A stretch of DNA of 64,000 nucleotides from an uncultured virus (IMG/VR IMGVR_UViG_3300020409_000013) (taxonomy: Duplodnaviria; Heunggongvirae; Uroviricota; Caudoviricetes; Kyanoviridae): the IMG/VR virus record IMGVR_UViG_3300020409_000013; one strand, written 5' to 3'. The translations under genes were made by a program, and so were the position numbers. Below, one piece after another: positions 1 to 9,626 of the stretch (the first letter of the stretch is position 1; each line of letters begins with the position of its first letter). Under the pieces are notes generated by a model. It worked only from the letters and a program-made list of their open reading frames with translations, made no database searches and was not told the DNA's origin.

Positions 1-1610
1 ACCTTGTTGATAGAATTTATAGATATCGCTATGTATTAGATAAGGATGCTTTCCCAGTGCCTAGACCACCTATCACTGGTTTCGTTGTGCAACCTAGAAG
101 TAGTGAAACTAACTCTCCTGCATATTCTAAGACATATTATCTCTATTCAGTAGAAACATATCAAGAGTTTGAAAGAGGTGTTACTGATGGAATATATTAT
201 TTGACATTCTTGAATGCTAGTGTATCACCTTCAACATCTAACTTTAATGATTTCTTCTTCTCACAGCAGACTGTAGACTTATATCCTGCATTTGATAGAG
301 ACAACCCAGTAGCCGACCCTGCTGCAGCAGTATCAATAGCAGATAACGAAACATTAGGATTGGTGACAACAACTGATGGTGCATCACCTACACCTAATGA
401 AGATACACAGAGGTCAATTACAAAAGAGACATCTCAATTCTTCTTACTAGAGTCAGAAAATAACTTAGGATATAACACTACATCTAACGTATTGAATGGT
501 ATTAGTGTTACTGCTAGATTAGGAGACGCAGAAGAGAGAAAGATACCACTTAAATTAAATGCAGATAACTCAGTCCAACCGATACTCTGTGAGTTGAGAC
601 GATACTCAATTCTTAGAGCATCAGGTCATACGTTTGAGTATCTTGGTTTCGGTCCTGGTAACTATTCAACTGCATTCCCATCTACACAGGTAGAAGTGTT
701 AACTCCTGCCCAAGTCAGACTGTCACAGTCTCTGAAAGAGGCAGCTGGAGTTGCATATTACTCTGGTGTTAACAGTGATGGTGAGTTGTTTGTTGGTAAC
801 CAAGTTATTAACCCAGTTACAGGTCAGATTACTAACGAGGATATTGCACAACTTAACGTGTTGGGTGAGGAAGGCACAACGATTGAGACATTCTCTGAAT
901 TGGTGCTGACTGATAAACTAACTGTTATTGGTGGTGCATCTAACCAGTTGGAATCAGTATTCTCAGGTCCTGTTACTTTCCAGAAGAAAGTTACATCACA
1001 GGATGAGATCCAGTCACTAGAGTTTACATACTCTAACGACGATGGCACGGTGCTGAGAAAGACATTCCTTGCTGAGGATGACGGATCTGGACTTCCTGTT
1101 ACACAGGCAGATTCTGCATTCAACACAGGAGACATGTGTTACAACATTGATTGGCAACCAGGTCAAGCACTTGGTTGGATTTATGATGCAGGCACATGGT
1201 ATAAGTTTGGATTGAGTGATACTACGCCTATCACATCTAATCGTTATAGTGGCGTTACACACTATGGTGTTGGTATAGCACCTGACGCTACAAATAGAAT
1301 GAAGATTGGAGGTAACTTCCATGTTGAAGGCAACCTAGAAGTAACTGGATACTACGGTGCTGCCGATAAGTATACACTTGCTACTGGTCTTGCTAACAGC
1401 AACAACGGCACCACATACAATGGTGATGGAGCAACTGCAACCTTCGCTATCTCCCCTAACCATACATCTTACTCTCTATTAGTATTCCTAAATGGAGTAT
1501 GTCAGGTGCCTGGTGTTGACTATCAAGTGAGTGGAAACTCTGTTGATTTCTCTATTGGCACAGTGCCACAAACAGGTGACACTATCCATGTAAGAGAGTT
1601 GGTTATCTAA
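1..1610 (+). CDS. C-terminal part of a large virion structural/tail-associated protein (5' truncated by window edge)
   Basis: Frame is open from base 3 (ctt gtt gat aga...) into the 57..1610 ORF. It ends in a 'YNGDGATATFAI...LLVFLNGVCQVPG.DY.VSG' beta module that recurs in the giant protein at 35626..57657. Confidence 0.7.
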   Translation, partial: LVDRIYRYRYVLDKDAFPVPRPPITGFVVQPRSSETNSPAYSKTYYLYSVETYQEFERGVTDGIYYLTFLNASVSPSTSNFNDFFFSQQTVDLYPAFDRDNPVADPAAAVSIADNETLGLVTTTDGASPTPNEDTQRSITKETSQFFLLESENNLGYNTTSNVLNGISVTARLGDAEERKIPLKLNADNSVQPILCELRRYSILRASGHTFEYLGFGPGNYSTAFPSTQVEVLTPAQVRLSQSLKEAAGVAYYSGVNSDGELFVGNQVINPVTGQITNEDIAQLNVLGEEGTTIETFSELVLTDKLTVIGGASNQLESVFSGPVTFQKKVTSQDEIQSLEFTYSNDDGTVLRKTFLAEDDGSGLPVTQADSAFNTGDMCYNIDWQPGQALGWIYDAGTWYKFGLSDTTPITSNRYSGVTHYGVGIAPDATNRMKIGGNFHVEGNLEVTGYYGAADKYTLATGLANSNNGTTYNGDGATATFAISPNHTSYSLLVFLNGVCQVPGVDYQVSGNSVDFSIGTVPQTGDTIHVRELVI

Positions 1611-1613
1611 ATA
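1608..1613 (+). promoter_or_regulatory. T4-type late promoter core (TAAATA)
   Basis: cTAAATAa overlapping the stop codon, 20 nt before the ATG at 1633. The same core precedes other structural genes (5237, 6078, 28516, 32954, 35561, 59232, 62588). Confidence 0.6.
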
Positions 1614-1632
1614 AAATATCAAGAGGAAGTAG

Positions 1633-2535
1633 ATGTCTACTAAGATTAATGGTAATCAGATTGATGCTGCCACAAGAGCAATTATTACTGCTCTAACTGT
1701 GACAGAGCAGATCAACCTGCCTGCTCTTACTCAAACTGCAATTAATGGTCTTGGGACACCTGCCTATGGTACTTTGGTGTATAATACCACCGAAGATATG
1801 GCACAAATCTATTTACAAGATGCTGCAGCAGGTGTGCCAGGTTGGGATGACGTGGGTGGTGGAGGTCCTTCCGTAGGTGAAGACTCTATCATTCGTACAA
1901 ATGGACCTACAATCGGTGAGAATATCACTGTAGGACCTATTGCAAATGGAGGAGTAGAATTTACTAACGGTTTCACTGCAGGTCCTGTGGAAATCGCTAG
2001 TGGTAATACTGTTACTGTTGAAAATAATGCAACATGGTTTATTCTCGGAGGAGAAGAGAATGACCTAAAAGAGGGTGAGGTTGTGCAAGCAAAGTTTTCG
2101 TCAACACCACCAAATCGTTATTTGATTAGAGATAACAACTTAACTCAGATACCTGACTTGGAGGTATCCATTGCACCTACACATACAAACTCTAAGATTG
2201 TATTGATTGCAATGATTACAGGTAACGCTAGACACGTTACATCATTTGGTTTCTTCCGTGATGGTAACCTAATCACTAGTGGACTAAACGGAAACAGCAA
2301 CGTTGGTAGTGGATCTGTTGCTACTACATATACTGGTGACGACACCAGTAACCACATGTATTCGTGGCCAGTGCACTATCATGACACACCTGGCACTACA
2401 AACGCTGTCACATACACTGTTGGGGCGTCTGCATCATGGAGTGGGTCAGTAAGAGATCTCTACATAAATGATAGAGATAGCAATGACATGAGAAGTGTCA
2501 GCACACTAATGGCTTTGGAGGTCAGAGGTAACTAA
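1633..2535 (+). CDS. Tail fibre-like virion protein
   Basis: Gly/Thr/Asn-rich beta composition, 'GTLVYNTT' fibre motif, and a C-terminal 'LEVSIAPTHTNSKIVLIA' module typical of marine phage fibre proteins. Preceded by a late promoter. Confidence 0.6.
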   Translation: MSTKINGNQIDAATRAIITALTVTEQINLPALTQTAINGLGTPAYGTLVYNTTEDMAQIYLQDAAAGVPGWDDVGGGGPSVGEDSIIRTNGPTIGENITVGPIANGGVEFTNGFTAGPVEIASGNTVTVENNATWFILGGEENDLKEGEVVQAKFSSTPPNRYLIRDNNLTQIPDLEVSIAPTHTNSKIVLIAMITGNARHVTSFGFFRDGNLITSGLNGNSNVGSGSVATTYTGDDTSNHMYSWPVHYHDTPGTTNAVTYTVGASASWSGSVRDLYINDRDSNDMRSVSTLMALEVRGN

Positions 2536-2870
2536 TGATTGAATCAGATTGGAGAAAATTCCTAGACCGTGTAAGGGATAAGCAAACTATCCCTGAGGAT
2601 GAAGTTGTGCTCAAAGAGGCGATTGAGGCAGTATATCCTGGTGCAGGTTATGTATTGACAAATATTGATCCATATAACATTACATTTAGCGATAATAGAG
2701 AATATGATCCAGTATTGATCTTGAATAAAGTCAAGGATTTGACTTTTGATGTTGCTAAATATCGCCCGACTAATGCTCAATTACTAGAAAAACTATGGAA
2801 AGACATAGATGAAGGTAAGCTAAATAATACTGGGTCTTTCTACGAAGCACTTAAACCGTTTGTGAATTAA
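2535..2870 (+). CDS. Putative tail fibre assembly/chaperone-like protein
   Basis: Small ORF coupled (TAATG) to the fibre gene. 'QLLEKLWKDIDEG' resembles the 'EQLDMIYKD' motif of 6107..6514. Confidence 0.4.
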   Translation: MIESDWRKFLDRVRDKQTIPEDEVVLKEAIEAVYPGAGYVLTNIDPYNITFSDNREYDPVLILNKVKDLTFDVAKYRPTNAQLLEKLWKDIDEGKLNNTGSFYEALKPFVN

Positions 2871-2871
2871 C

Positions 2872-3681
2872 ATGGCACTACTAAGAGTTAATACAATTCA
2901 AGATACCTCTGGTGTTAATGGTTTTAGTATCACCAATACTACCATTTCGATCAATGGTACTTTAACTGTTAGTGACCTTGTTATCAACGGCACTATTGGT
3001 GGATCATCAAACTACGTTGTACCTTCACAAGGAGGGCAAGGAGGTAAGTTTCTAACCACTAATGGATCAACACCTTCTTGGTCATCATTAACAACTAGAT
3101 CTGGTATCAGATCAATGGAAGTATTCACTGCTAATGGCACATGGAGTAGACCAGAGGGATGTAAAAACATCATGGTCACATGTGTTGGTGCAGGTGGCGG
3201 TGGATCAGGATATACAGAATCTGGTGGTGCAGGTGGTATGTCACAACGCCAAGTTGATGTGACTAACGTTTCATCTGTATCTGTTACAGTAGGTAATCCT
3301 GGTGGAGGTACTAACTACTCAGGTTGTGGTGGTAATGGTAATACTTCATCATTCGGTGGATATTGTAGTGCATCTGGTGGTGTAGGAGCTAACTGCTCAC
3401 AGCAACACGCAGGTGGTTATGGTGGTAACGGTAGTGGTGGACAACTAAACGTGCATGGTGGCGGGGGTAATGGTCATGGTAGTCATCACTCTTATGGTAA
3501 CTATGCATCAGGTGTTAGTTACTACGGTGGTGGACAACCTGCAGGTCATAACCAAGTAAACTGGTCGCACAGACATGAGCTACATGCAGCATGGGGATCT
3601 GGTGGAAACGGATCTCGACATAGTAACAGGGGTGCCCGAGGTCGTGAGGGTATTGTTGTTGTGCACGAATTCTGGGGTTAA
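2872..3681 (+). CDS. Glycine-rich domain virion/fibre protein, paralogue 1
   Basis: N-terminal 'LLRVNTIQD', 'GKFLTTNGSTPSW' linker, then 'FTANGTW..P.....V..VGAGGGG' Gly-rich domain ending 'GIVVVHEF'. Confidence 0.7.
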   Translation: MALLRVNTIQDTSGVNGFSITNTTISINGTLTVSDLVINGTIGGSSNYVVPSQGGQGGKFLTTNGSTPSWSSLTTRSGIRSMEVFTANGTWSRPEGCKNIMVTCVGAGGGGSGYTESGGAGGMSQRQVDVTNVSSVSVTVGNPGGGTNYSGCGGNGNTSSFGGYCSASGGVGANCSQQHAGGYGGNGSGGQLNVHGGGGNGHGSHHSYGNYASGVSYYGGGQPAGHNQVNWSHRHELHAAWGSGGNGSRHSNRGARGREGIVVVHEFWG

Positions 3682-3684
3682 CTA

Positions 3685-5274
3685 ATGAGTCTTTTAAAAG
3701 TATCTTCAATTAATGATCTAACCGACACAGGTGGATTCTCTCTATCTAATGGTGGTGTTACAGCAACACTTCCGTTGGTTGTAGGTAATATTGTAATTAA
3801 CGGAGCTATCTCTGGTAACTCTGATCATATTATCCCAAGGCAGGCAGGTAATGCAGGCAAACTCTTGCAGACTGATGGCACAAACCTTTCATGGGTAGAA
3901 GCAGCAGGTCTTGCAGGTATTAGAAGTATGCAAGTGTGGACAGGAAACGGCACATGGAATAGACCGTCTGACTGCACAAGTATTATGGTTACAGCCGTCG
4001 GAGCAGGCGGTGGTGGATCTGGTTATTGTGAGGCAGGTGGGGCAGGCGGAATGTCTCAACGTGTCATTGACGTAAACAACGTAACATCTGTATCAGTTAC
4101 AGTAGGAAATCCTGGCGGAGGTACAAATTACGCAGGATGTGGTGGAAACGGCAACTCTTCAAGTTTCGGCTCCTATGTCACTGGTGGAGGTGGAGGAGGA
4201 TCGAATTGTATTCAGCAGCACGAAGGTGGATTAGGAGGAGAAGGTATTGGTGGTACACTAAACGTATTTGGTGGAGGAGGAAACGCCCACGGATCTCATC
4301 ACTCTTATGGAAACCATGCAGGAGGAGCAAGTTACTACGGTGGATCACAACCGTCTTCTCACAGACAAGGTAACTACAGTCACAGACATGAAGGGCACTC
4401 AGCGTGGGGTGCAGGTGGTAACGGATCACAGCACGGTAACAGAGGTGCTAGTGGTAGACAAGGTGTTGTCGTAGTCCATGAATTCTATGGACGCCCAACA
4501 TCGCCCGATACTTCTTATGGTCAATCATCTAGTAACCCTGCAGAATCTGCAGAGGAAATCAAGATTAGAAATCCTGGTGCAGGTGATGGAGTTTATTGGA
4601 TTAACTTACCTGGCGTAGGAGCAACCCAAATCTATTGTTTGATGGATAATAGATGGTTAGGTGGTGGTTGGATGATGGGTATGAAAGCAACTCGTGGCAC
4701 CACATTTAACTGGGGATCTAGTTACTGGACATCTAACAATACTCTCAACACAGGATCAACAAACACCAACGATGGTGATGCTAAGTTTGAAGTTATGAAT
4801 AGATTCCGTGCCAAGGATATCATGGCAATTTGGCCAGATATTGGTAACGGAGGATGCGTCCCTAGTAGTAACAGAGGATGGACATGGTTTGAAACAGATT
4901 TCAACACAGGATATGGTAGAGGTGGTAGGATTGAGCCTATCAACTTCTGGAATCAGGTAGATAGATTCTATAAGTCTAATGCCAACGAATTCTGTGGTAT
5001 CGGTAATTTCTCTGGTCAGTCACACGTTAGATTCTACGGATTCAACTACAGAAACAATGGTGGTTGGGCACGCACACGTTGGGGATTTGGATGGAATGAA
5101 AACGGTGGTGGGTCTGGTGGTTATCCAGAAGCAGACATGAACTCTGATGACGTATCAGGTGGTATTGGTATGAGTGGTAACTTTGGTAACTACTCAGCAG
5201 GAGACCGTATCAACTGTTGCCAGAACCGTAACGGAATAAATAGATCAGCAAGGGTGGAGTTGTATTTCAGATGA
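3685..5274 (+). CDS. Glycine-rich domain fibre protein, paralogue 2, with C-terminal fibrinogen-like (YCxxxxxxxGGGW) domain
   Basis: Same architecture as paralogue 1 plus about 260 aa containing 'SAEEIK...GDGVYWI...QIYCLMDNRWLGGGWMM'. Confidence 0.7.
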   Translation: MSLLKVSSINDLTDTGGFSLSNGGVTATLPLVVGNIVINGAISGNSDHIIPRQAGNAGKLLQTDGTNLSWVEAAGLAGIRSMQVWTGNGTWNRPSDCTSIMVTAVGAGGGGSGYCEAGGAGGMSQRVIDVNNVTSVSVTVGNPGGGTNYAGCGGNGNSSSFGSYVTGGGGGGSNCIQQHEGGLGGEGIGGTLNVFGGGGNAHGSHHSYGNHAGGASYYGGSQPSSHRQGNYSHRHEGHSAWGAGGNGSQHGNRGASGRQGVVVVHEFYGRPTSPDTSYGQSSSNPAESAEEIKIRNPGAGDGVYWINLPGVGATQIYCLMDNRWLGGGWMMGMKATRGTTFNWGSSYWTSNNTLNTGSTNTNDGDAKFEVMNRFRAKDIMAIWPDIGNGGCVPSSNRGWTWFETDFNTGYGRGGRIEPINFWNQVDRFYKSNANEFCGIGNFSGQSHVRFYGFNYRNNGGWARTRWGFGWNENGGGSGGYPEADMNSDDVSGGIGMSGNFGNYSAGDRINCCQNRNGINRSARVELYFR

Positions 5275-6080
5275 GCACACTTAGAGTTACAAATGTAAAA
5301 GACCTTGCAGGCATCTCGGGTTTCACTTTGACCACTGGTGGTATTACTGCCAATGCGACTCTGATTGTGGGTGACATTACTATCAACGGTAACGTTACTG
5401 GATCATCAAAGTATATTATCCCTAACCAGTCAGGTCAGTCAGGTAGATTCCTACAAACCGATGGCACAAACCTGTCATGGGTTGAAGCGTCTGCAGTATC
5501 AGGTTTTAGAGCTGTGCAGGTGTGGACATCTAATGGCACATGGACAAGACCTAGTGACTGTAAATCTATCATGGTCACCGTTGTTGGTGCAGGTGGTGGA
5601 GGGTCAGGATATACCGAAGCAGGTGGTGCAGGTGGTATGTCACAGAGAGTTATTGACGTGCAGAATGTCAGCTCAGTATCTGTTACAGTAGGAAATCCTG
5701 GTGGTGGCACAAACTACTCAGGTTGTGGAGGTAACGGTAACTCATCTAGTTTTGGTGGTTACTGCTCAGCAGGTGGTGGAGTTGGTGCAAACTGCTCTCA
5801 ACAACACTCAGGTGGATATGGAGGTAACGGCTCAGGTGGTAACCTAAACGTCCACGGTGGTGGAGGTAATGGTCATGGATCTCATCACTCATATGGTAAC
5901 CACTCAGGTGGTAGATCATACTATGGTGGATCGCAACCCAGCTCACACAGACAAAGTAACTATTCTCATAGACACGAAGGTCATAGTGCATGGGGAGCAG
6001 GTGGTAATGGATCACAGCACAGTAACAGAGGTGCATCTGGACGTGTAGGTGTTGTGGTAGTCCACGAATATTATGGCTAA
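5271..6080 (+). CDS. Glycine-rich domain fibre protein, paralogue 3
   Basis: 269 aa, the same length as paralogue 1, with a near-identical Gly-rich domain. ATGA overlap with the upstream gene. Confidence 0.7.
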   Translation: MSTLRVTNVKDLAGISGFTLTTGGITANATLIVGDITINGNVTGSSKYIIPNQSGQSGRFLQTDGTNLSWVEASAVSGFRAVQVWTSNGTWTRPSDCKSIMVTVVGAGGGGSGYTEAGGAGGMSQRVIDVQNVSSVSVTVGNPGGGTNYSGCGGNGNSSSFGGYCSAGGGVGANCSQQHSGGYGGNGSGGNLNVHGGGGNGHGSHHSYGNHSGGRSYYGGSQPSSHRQSNYSHRHEGHSAWGAGGNGSQHSNRGASGRVGVVVVHEYYG

Positions 6081-6083
6081 ATA
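6078..6083 (+). promoter_or_regulatory. T4-type late promoter core (TAAATA)
   Basis: gcTAAATAac at the stop codon, upstream of ATG 6107. Confidence 0.55.
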
Positions 6084-6106
6084 ACTAAGATTCTTTCAGA
6101 AAACCA

Positions 6107-6514
6107 ATGAAAAAAGCAATTATCCACGGTGAGTCTGGAATGATCACCGACATTTGTGAAGACGGTGACGAGTTTCAAATCTACGATGGTGCTGATGCTA
6201 CTATGAAGTGGATGGAAGTCCCTGACGACACAACCAACGAGCACCGTATGGTTAATGGTGTTATTTACCCAAGATCAGAGCTAGAAAATCAGGCAGAAGC
6301 ATACCTTGTTGCACGCACGATTGCCTATGGTTCTGTGGGTGAGCAGTTGGACATGATTTACAAAGACCAACTAGATGGTGGCACAAGATTTAAAGATCAT
6401 GTTGCAGCAGTAAAGGCAAACGTGCCTAGTCCCAGTAGTGCACCTGCATTCACCGAAGACGTTAAGAAAATTCAAGTAGAAGGACGTATGGCATGGGAGC
6501 CATATCCTAGTTAA
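6107..6514 (+). CDS. Putative tail fibre assembly protein
   Basis: 'AYGSVGEQLDMIYKD...FKDHVAAVKAN.P' motif of small proteins that follow fibre genes in marine phages. Confidence 0.5.
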   Translation: MKKAIIHGESGMITDICEDGDEFQIYDGADATMKWMEVPDDTTNEHRMVNGVIYPRSELENQAEAYLVARTIAYGSVGEQLDMIYKDQLDGGTRFKDHVAAVKANVPSPSSAPAFTEDVKKIQVEGRMAWEPYPS

Positions 6515-6516
6515 TG

Positions 6517-6525
6517 TGCTATAAT
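6517..6525 (+). promoter_or_regulatory. Extended -10 sigma70-type promoter (TGcTATAAT), probably leaderless for halogenase 1
   Basis: TGCTATAAT ends at 6525 and the ATG is at 6533 (7 nt gap), with no Shine-Dalgarno. Confidence 0.55.
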
Positions 6526-6532
6526 TTATAGT

Positions 6533-7993
6533 ATGAAAATTTATATTATTGGTGGTGGGTCATCTGGATGGATGACTGCAACCACAATGCTGACAAAATT
6601 TCCAGACGCAGACATCACAGTCGTAGAGTCACCTAGTAAACCCCCTGTGGGTGTAGGAGAGTCTACGACTCAATATTTTAGGATCTGGGCAAAATATGTA
6701 GGACTCAAAGATGAGGAGTGGATGCCTGCATGTGATGCCACATACAAGATTAGTGTAAGGTTTAGTAACTTTCATGATGTAGACGACACACCATGGCAAT
6801 ATCCATTTGGATCACCAAATACTAATTTGCCATATCCTGACGTCTGGTTTTGGAATCAATATAGGAGAGGATGGAGTAACGATAAATTTGCCAGAGATTA
6901 TTGGATAGCAGCAGAGTGTGCGGAGCATAACCTGTTACCTATCAGGGATCCTAGTTTCGATATCAAAAGGAATACTGGATTTCACTTTGATGCTGTAAAA
7001 TTCGCTGAGTGGTTACGAGACAATAAATGCCAGAGTGTCAAGCGTATTATTGGCACAGTAGATGATTTTGAGAGGGTAGGAGACGATATAAAATATCTGT
7101 GGATAGATGAGAAACAACACGAAGCAGATTTATATTTTGATTGCACAGGATTTACATCTCTACTCAACAATTCTGAGTGGTTAGATTATAGTGACTGGTT
7201 GCCAAATGATACAGCATGGGTCACACGTTTAGAATATAAAGATAAACAAGAGGAATTAAAATCATATACACAGTGCACAGCATTGAGTAGTGGTTGGGTC
7301 TGGACAGTGCCCACATTTGCCCGTATTGGGACGGGATATGTATTCTCTAGTAAATATCAGGATCATCAAAGTGCACTAAAAGAGTTTGCATCTTTCCTTA
7401 AATATGATACTGAAGAGTTTAGAAAGATACATTTTAAGACAGGAAGAAAGAAAGAGATATGGTGTGGTAATGTGGTGTCTATTGGATTGTCTGGTGGTTT
7501 CATCGAACCATTAGAATCTAATGGATTGTTGTCGGTGCATGAATTCCTACTCAAATTCTGTAGGATGTGGAGACCGCACACCACCCAAATGATGAGGGAT
7601 ACATATAACAAGGCAGTAGCATTTGCATTCGATGGTTTTGCTTCTTTTGTTGCTCTTCATTATGCTCTTACACAGCGTCATGACTCAGATTACTGGAAAG
7701 CGGTATCGCAAATAAGATATCCTGATGGTAATATGATTGAGGCAGCGAAAATCACAATGATGGAAGAGTCACATAATTTTGCCAGTAAACTAAATTGGGA
7801 AGGAGACTCACTCTATTGTGTGATGGCAGGTCATGGATGGAATCCATTTAATGATGTCATTGAAAGTGAGATCCTATTTCATGGTGGAATCCCTGAGGAC
7901 TCACACCTCAACAGTTGGACACACGAGTGGAATCATGCTAGACTAGGAGTCAATCCGTTAGATTATTACAATAGGACATTGTATGCAGTATAA
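6533..7993 (+). CDS. prnA: Flavin-dependent (tryptophan halogenase family) halogenase 1
   Basis: GGGSSG FAD motif, 'VGVGEST', catalytic-Lys segment 'CDATYK', 'GWVWTVP' (WxWxIP-like) and 'FIEPLESNG'. Confidence 0.9.
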   Translation: MKIYIIGGGSSGWMTATTMLTKFPDADITVVESPSKPPVGVGESTTQYFRIWAKYVGLKDEEWMPACDATYKISVRFSNFHDVDDTPWQYPFGSPNTNLPYPDVWFWNQYRRGWSNDKFARDYWIAAECAEHNLLPIRDPSFDIKRNTGFHFDAVKFAEWLRDNKCQSVKRIIGTVDDFERVGDDIKYLWIDEKQHEADLYFDCTGFTSLLNNSEWLDYSDWLPNDTAWVTRLEYKDKQEELKSYTQCTALSSGWVWTVPTFARIGTGYVFSSKYQDHQSALKEFASFLKYDTEEFRKIHFKTGRKKEIWCGNVVSIGLSGGFIEPLESNGLLSVHEFLLKFCRMWRPHTTQMMRDTYNKAVAFAFDGFASFVALHYALTQRHDSDYWKAVSQIRYPDGNMIEAAKITMMEESHNFASKLNWEGDSLYCVMAGHGWNPFNDVIESEILFHGGIPEDSHLNSWTHEWNHARLGVNPLDYYNRTLYAV

Positions 7994-9626
7994 GTCATTT
8001 TGTATTGTGGGTGGTGGGTCATCTGGATGGATGGCAGCTGCAACTATGCAGAAAGCATTCCCAAATGCTGAGGTAACCCTGATCCAACCTAAAGGCAGAG
8101 ATATTATTGGAGTAGGAGAATCTACACTCGGACATATTAATAGGTTTTTTAGATTTCTTGGCATCAAAGACAAGGAGTGGATGCCATATTGCAATGCTAC
8201 TTACAAGTCATCGATTGCATTTAAAAACTTTAGAGAGAATAATGGAGAGAGGTTTCAATATCCATTTGGACGCATAGATCACAACGATTATCGTAGTGAT
8301 TATATGACATTCTTTGAGTTGCAAGTAAAGTATCCACACTTGTATCCACCCGAAGAGTTTGCACGTTTCTTTAATCCAAATACTATTCTATCAGAGCAGA
8401 ATAAACTCTCACCACAATATATTTCAGAAGAAATGCGTAACTGGAATATGGAGCAGGATACTGCATACCATATGGATAGTGAGAAGTTTGGTGAGTTTCT
8501 ACGCAAAAAGTTTAAGAAGGTCAAAGTATATGAGGGTATCGTAGGTAGTTGTAGTAAAGATGCAACAGGACATATCACGTCAGTAAATATCACAGAGGGA
8601 TGGGATGAAGGTCTGATGATTGAAGCAGACCTATACATTGACTGCACAGGTTTTAAATCTCTGATCCTAGAAGGTATGATGGGATCTAAGTTTATCTCAT
8701 TTAATGATGTGTTATTCAACGACATGGCAATAACTGCTAGGGTTGAATATACGGATCGTAAAAATCAGATGGACAACTACACAGATTGTGTAGCAATGTC
8801 TAATGGATGGTGTTATAACATTCCACTATGGAATAGAGTAGGAGCAGGATATGTATTCAGTAAAAAATATATTGACCCTGACATTGCACACGAAGAGTTT
8901 GTAAGTTATCTGGCAAAACGATATTCGCCCAAAGTTGCCGACAATGCCGACTATCGCCTGATTAGTATCAGACATGGCAAACGTGAGAAAGCATGGGTCA
9001 AGAATGTTGTAGGTATTGGACTAGCATATGGTTTCTTGGAGCCACTAGAATCTACTGGTCTGATGACTACACATGAGAATCTGTTGTATCTGGTGGACTC
9101 ACTCAAACGTCGTGGTAACGTAACTAAGATTGATATTGACAGTTATAACTATACTGTCGATCATGCCATTGAGTCTATGAAATACTTTATTGGCATGCAT
9201 TATGTGTTGTCACAACGTGAAGACACGAAGTATTGGAGGGATGCTACTCAAAATACTGCACTATTCAGTAATCATGACCTGACACAGTATATGAATGATT
9301 GCCTTGGATGGCATTCTATGCTAGAATCACGAAGGGAATATTTTCAACTGTATGAAGGTCTGAGAAAGAATTTCTGGTCAGCAGATAAATTTGATGGTCT
9401 CGTATATATTGCAGCTGGTATGGGATTCCGTCCTATCAACGAGCATAGTGTTGCTGAAGCACATCATATCTACCCACTCAGAAAGGGTGAGGTGGAGCAA
9501 GTGCACAAAGATTGGCAACGTGATCGTGAAGCAATATATAATTCAGTAAAACAATTACCCACTCAGTATGAGTATCTAAGAGGATACATTTATGGTCAGG
9601 ACGATGTGGAAGAAGATCAAGGGTAA
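7983..9626 (+). CDS. prnA: Flavin-dependent (tryptophan halogenase family) halogenase 2
   Basis: GGGSSG, 'IGVGEST', 'CNATYK', 'GWCYNIP' (variant of WxWxIP) and 'FLEPLESTG'. Confidence 0.88.
   Translation: MQYKSFCIVGGGSSGWMAAATMQKAFPNAEVTLIQPKGRDIIGVGESTLGHINRFFRFLGIKDKEWMPYCNATYKSSIAFKNFRENNGERFQYPFGRIDHNDYRSDYMTFFELQVKYPHLYPPEEFARFFNPNTILSEQNKLSPQYISEEMRNWNMEQDTAYHMDSEKFGEFLRKKFKKVKVYEGIVGSCSKDATGHITSVNITEGWDEGLMIEADLYIDCTGFKSLILEGMMGSKFISFNDVLFNDMAITARVEYTDRKNQMDNYTDCVAMSNGWCYNIPLWNRVGAGYVFSKKYIDPDIAHEEFVSYLAKRYSPKVADNADYRLISIRHGKREKAWVKNVVGIGLAYGFLEPLESTGLMTTHENLLYLVDSLKRRGNVTKIDIDSYNYTVDHAIESMKYFIGMHYVLSQREDTKYWRDATQNTALFSNHDLTQYMNDCLGWHSMLESRREYFQLYEGLRKNFWSADKFDGLVYIAAGMGFRPINEHSVAEAHHIYPLRKGEVEQVHKDWQRDREAIYNSVKQLPTQYEYLRGYIYGQDDVEEDQG

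Noticed and set aside
2872..6080. Diversity-generating retroelement template/variable repeats
   Set aside because: Differences between copies are mostly synonymous and not adenine-specific, all copies are coding, and no reverse transcriptase is present in the window.
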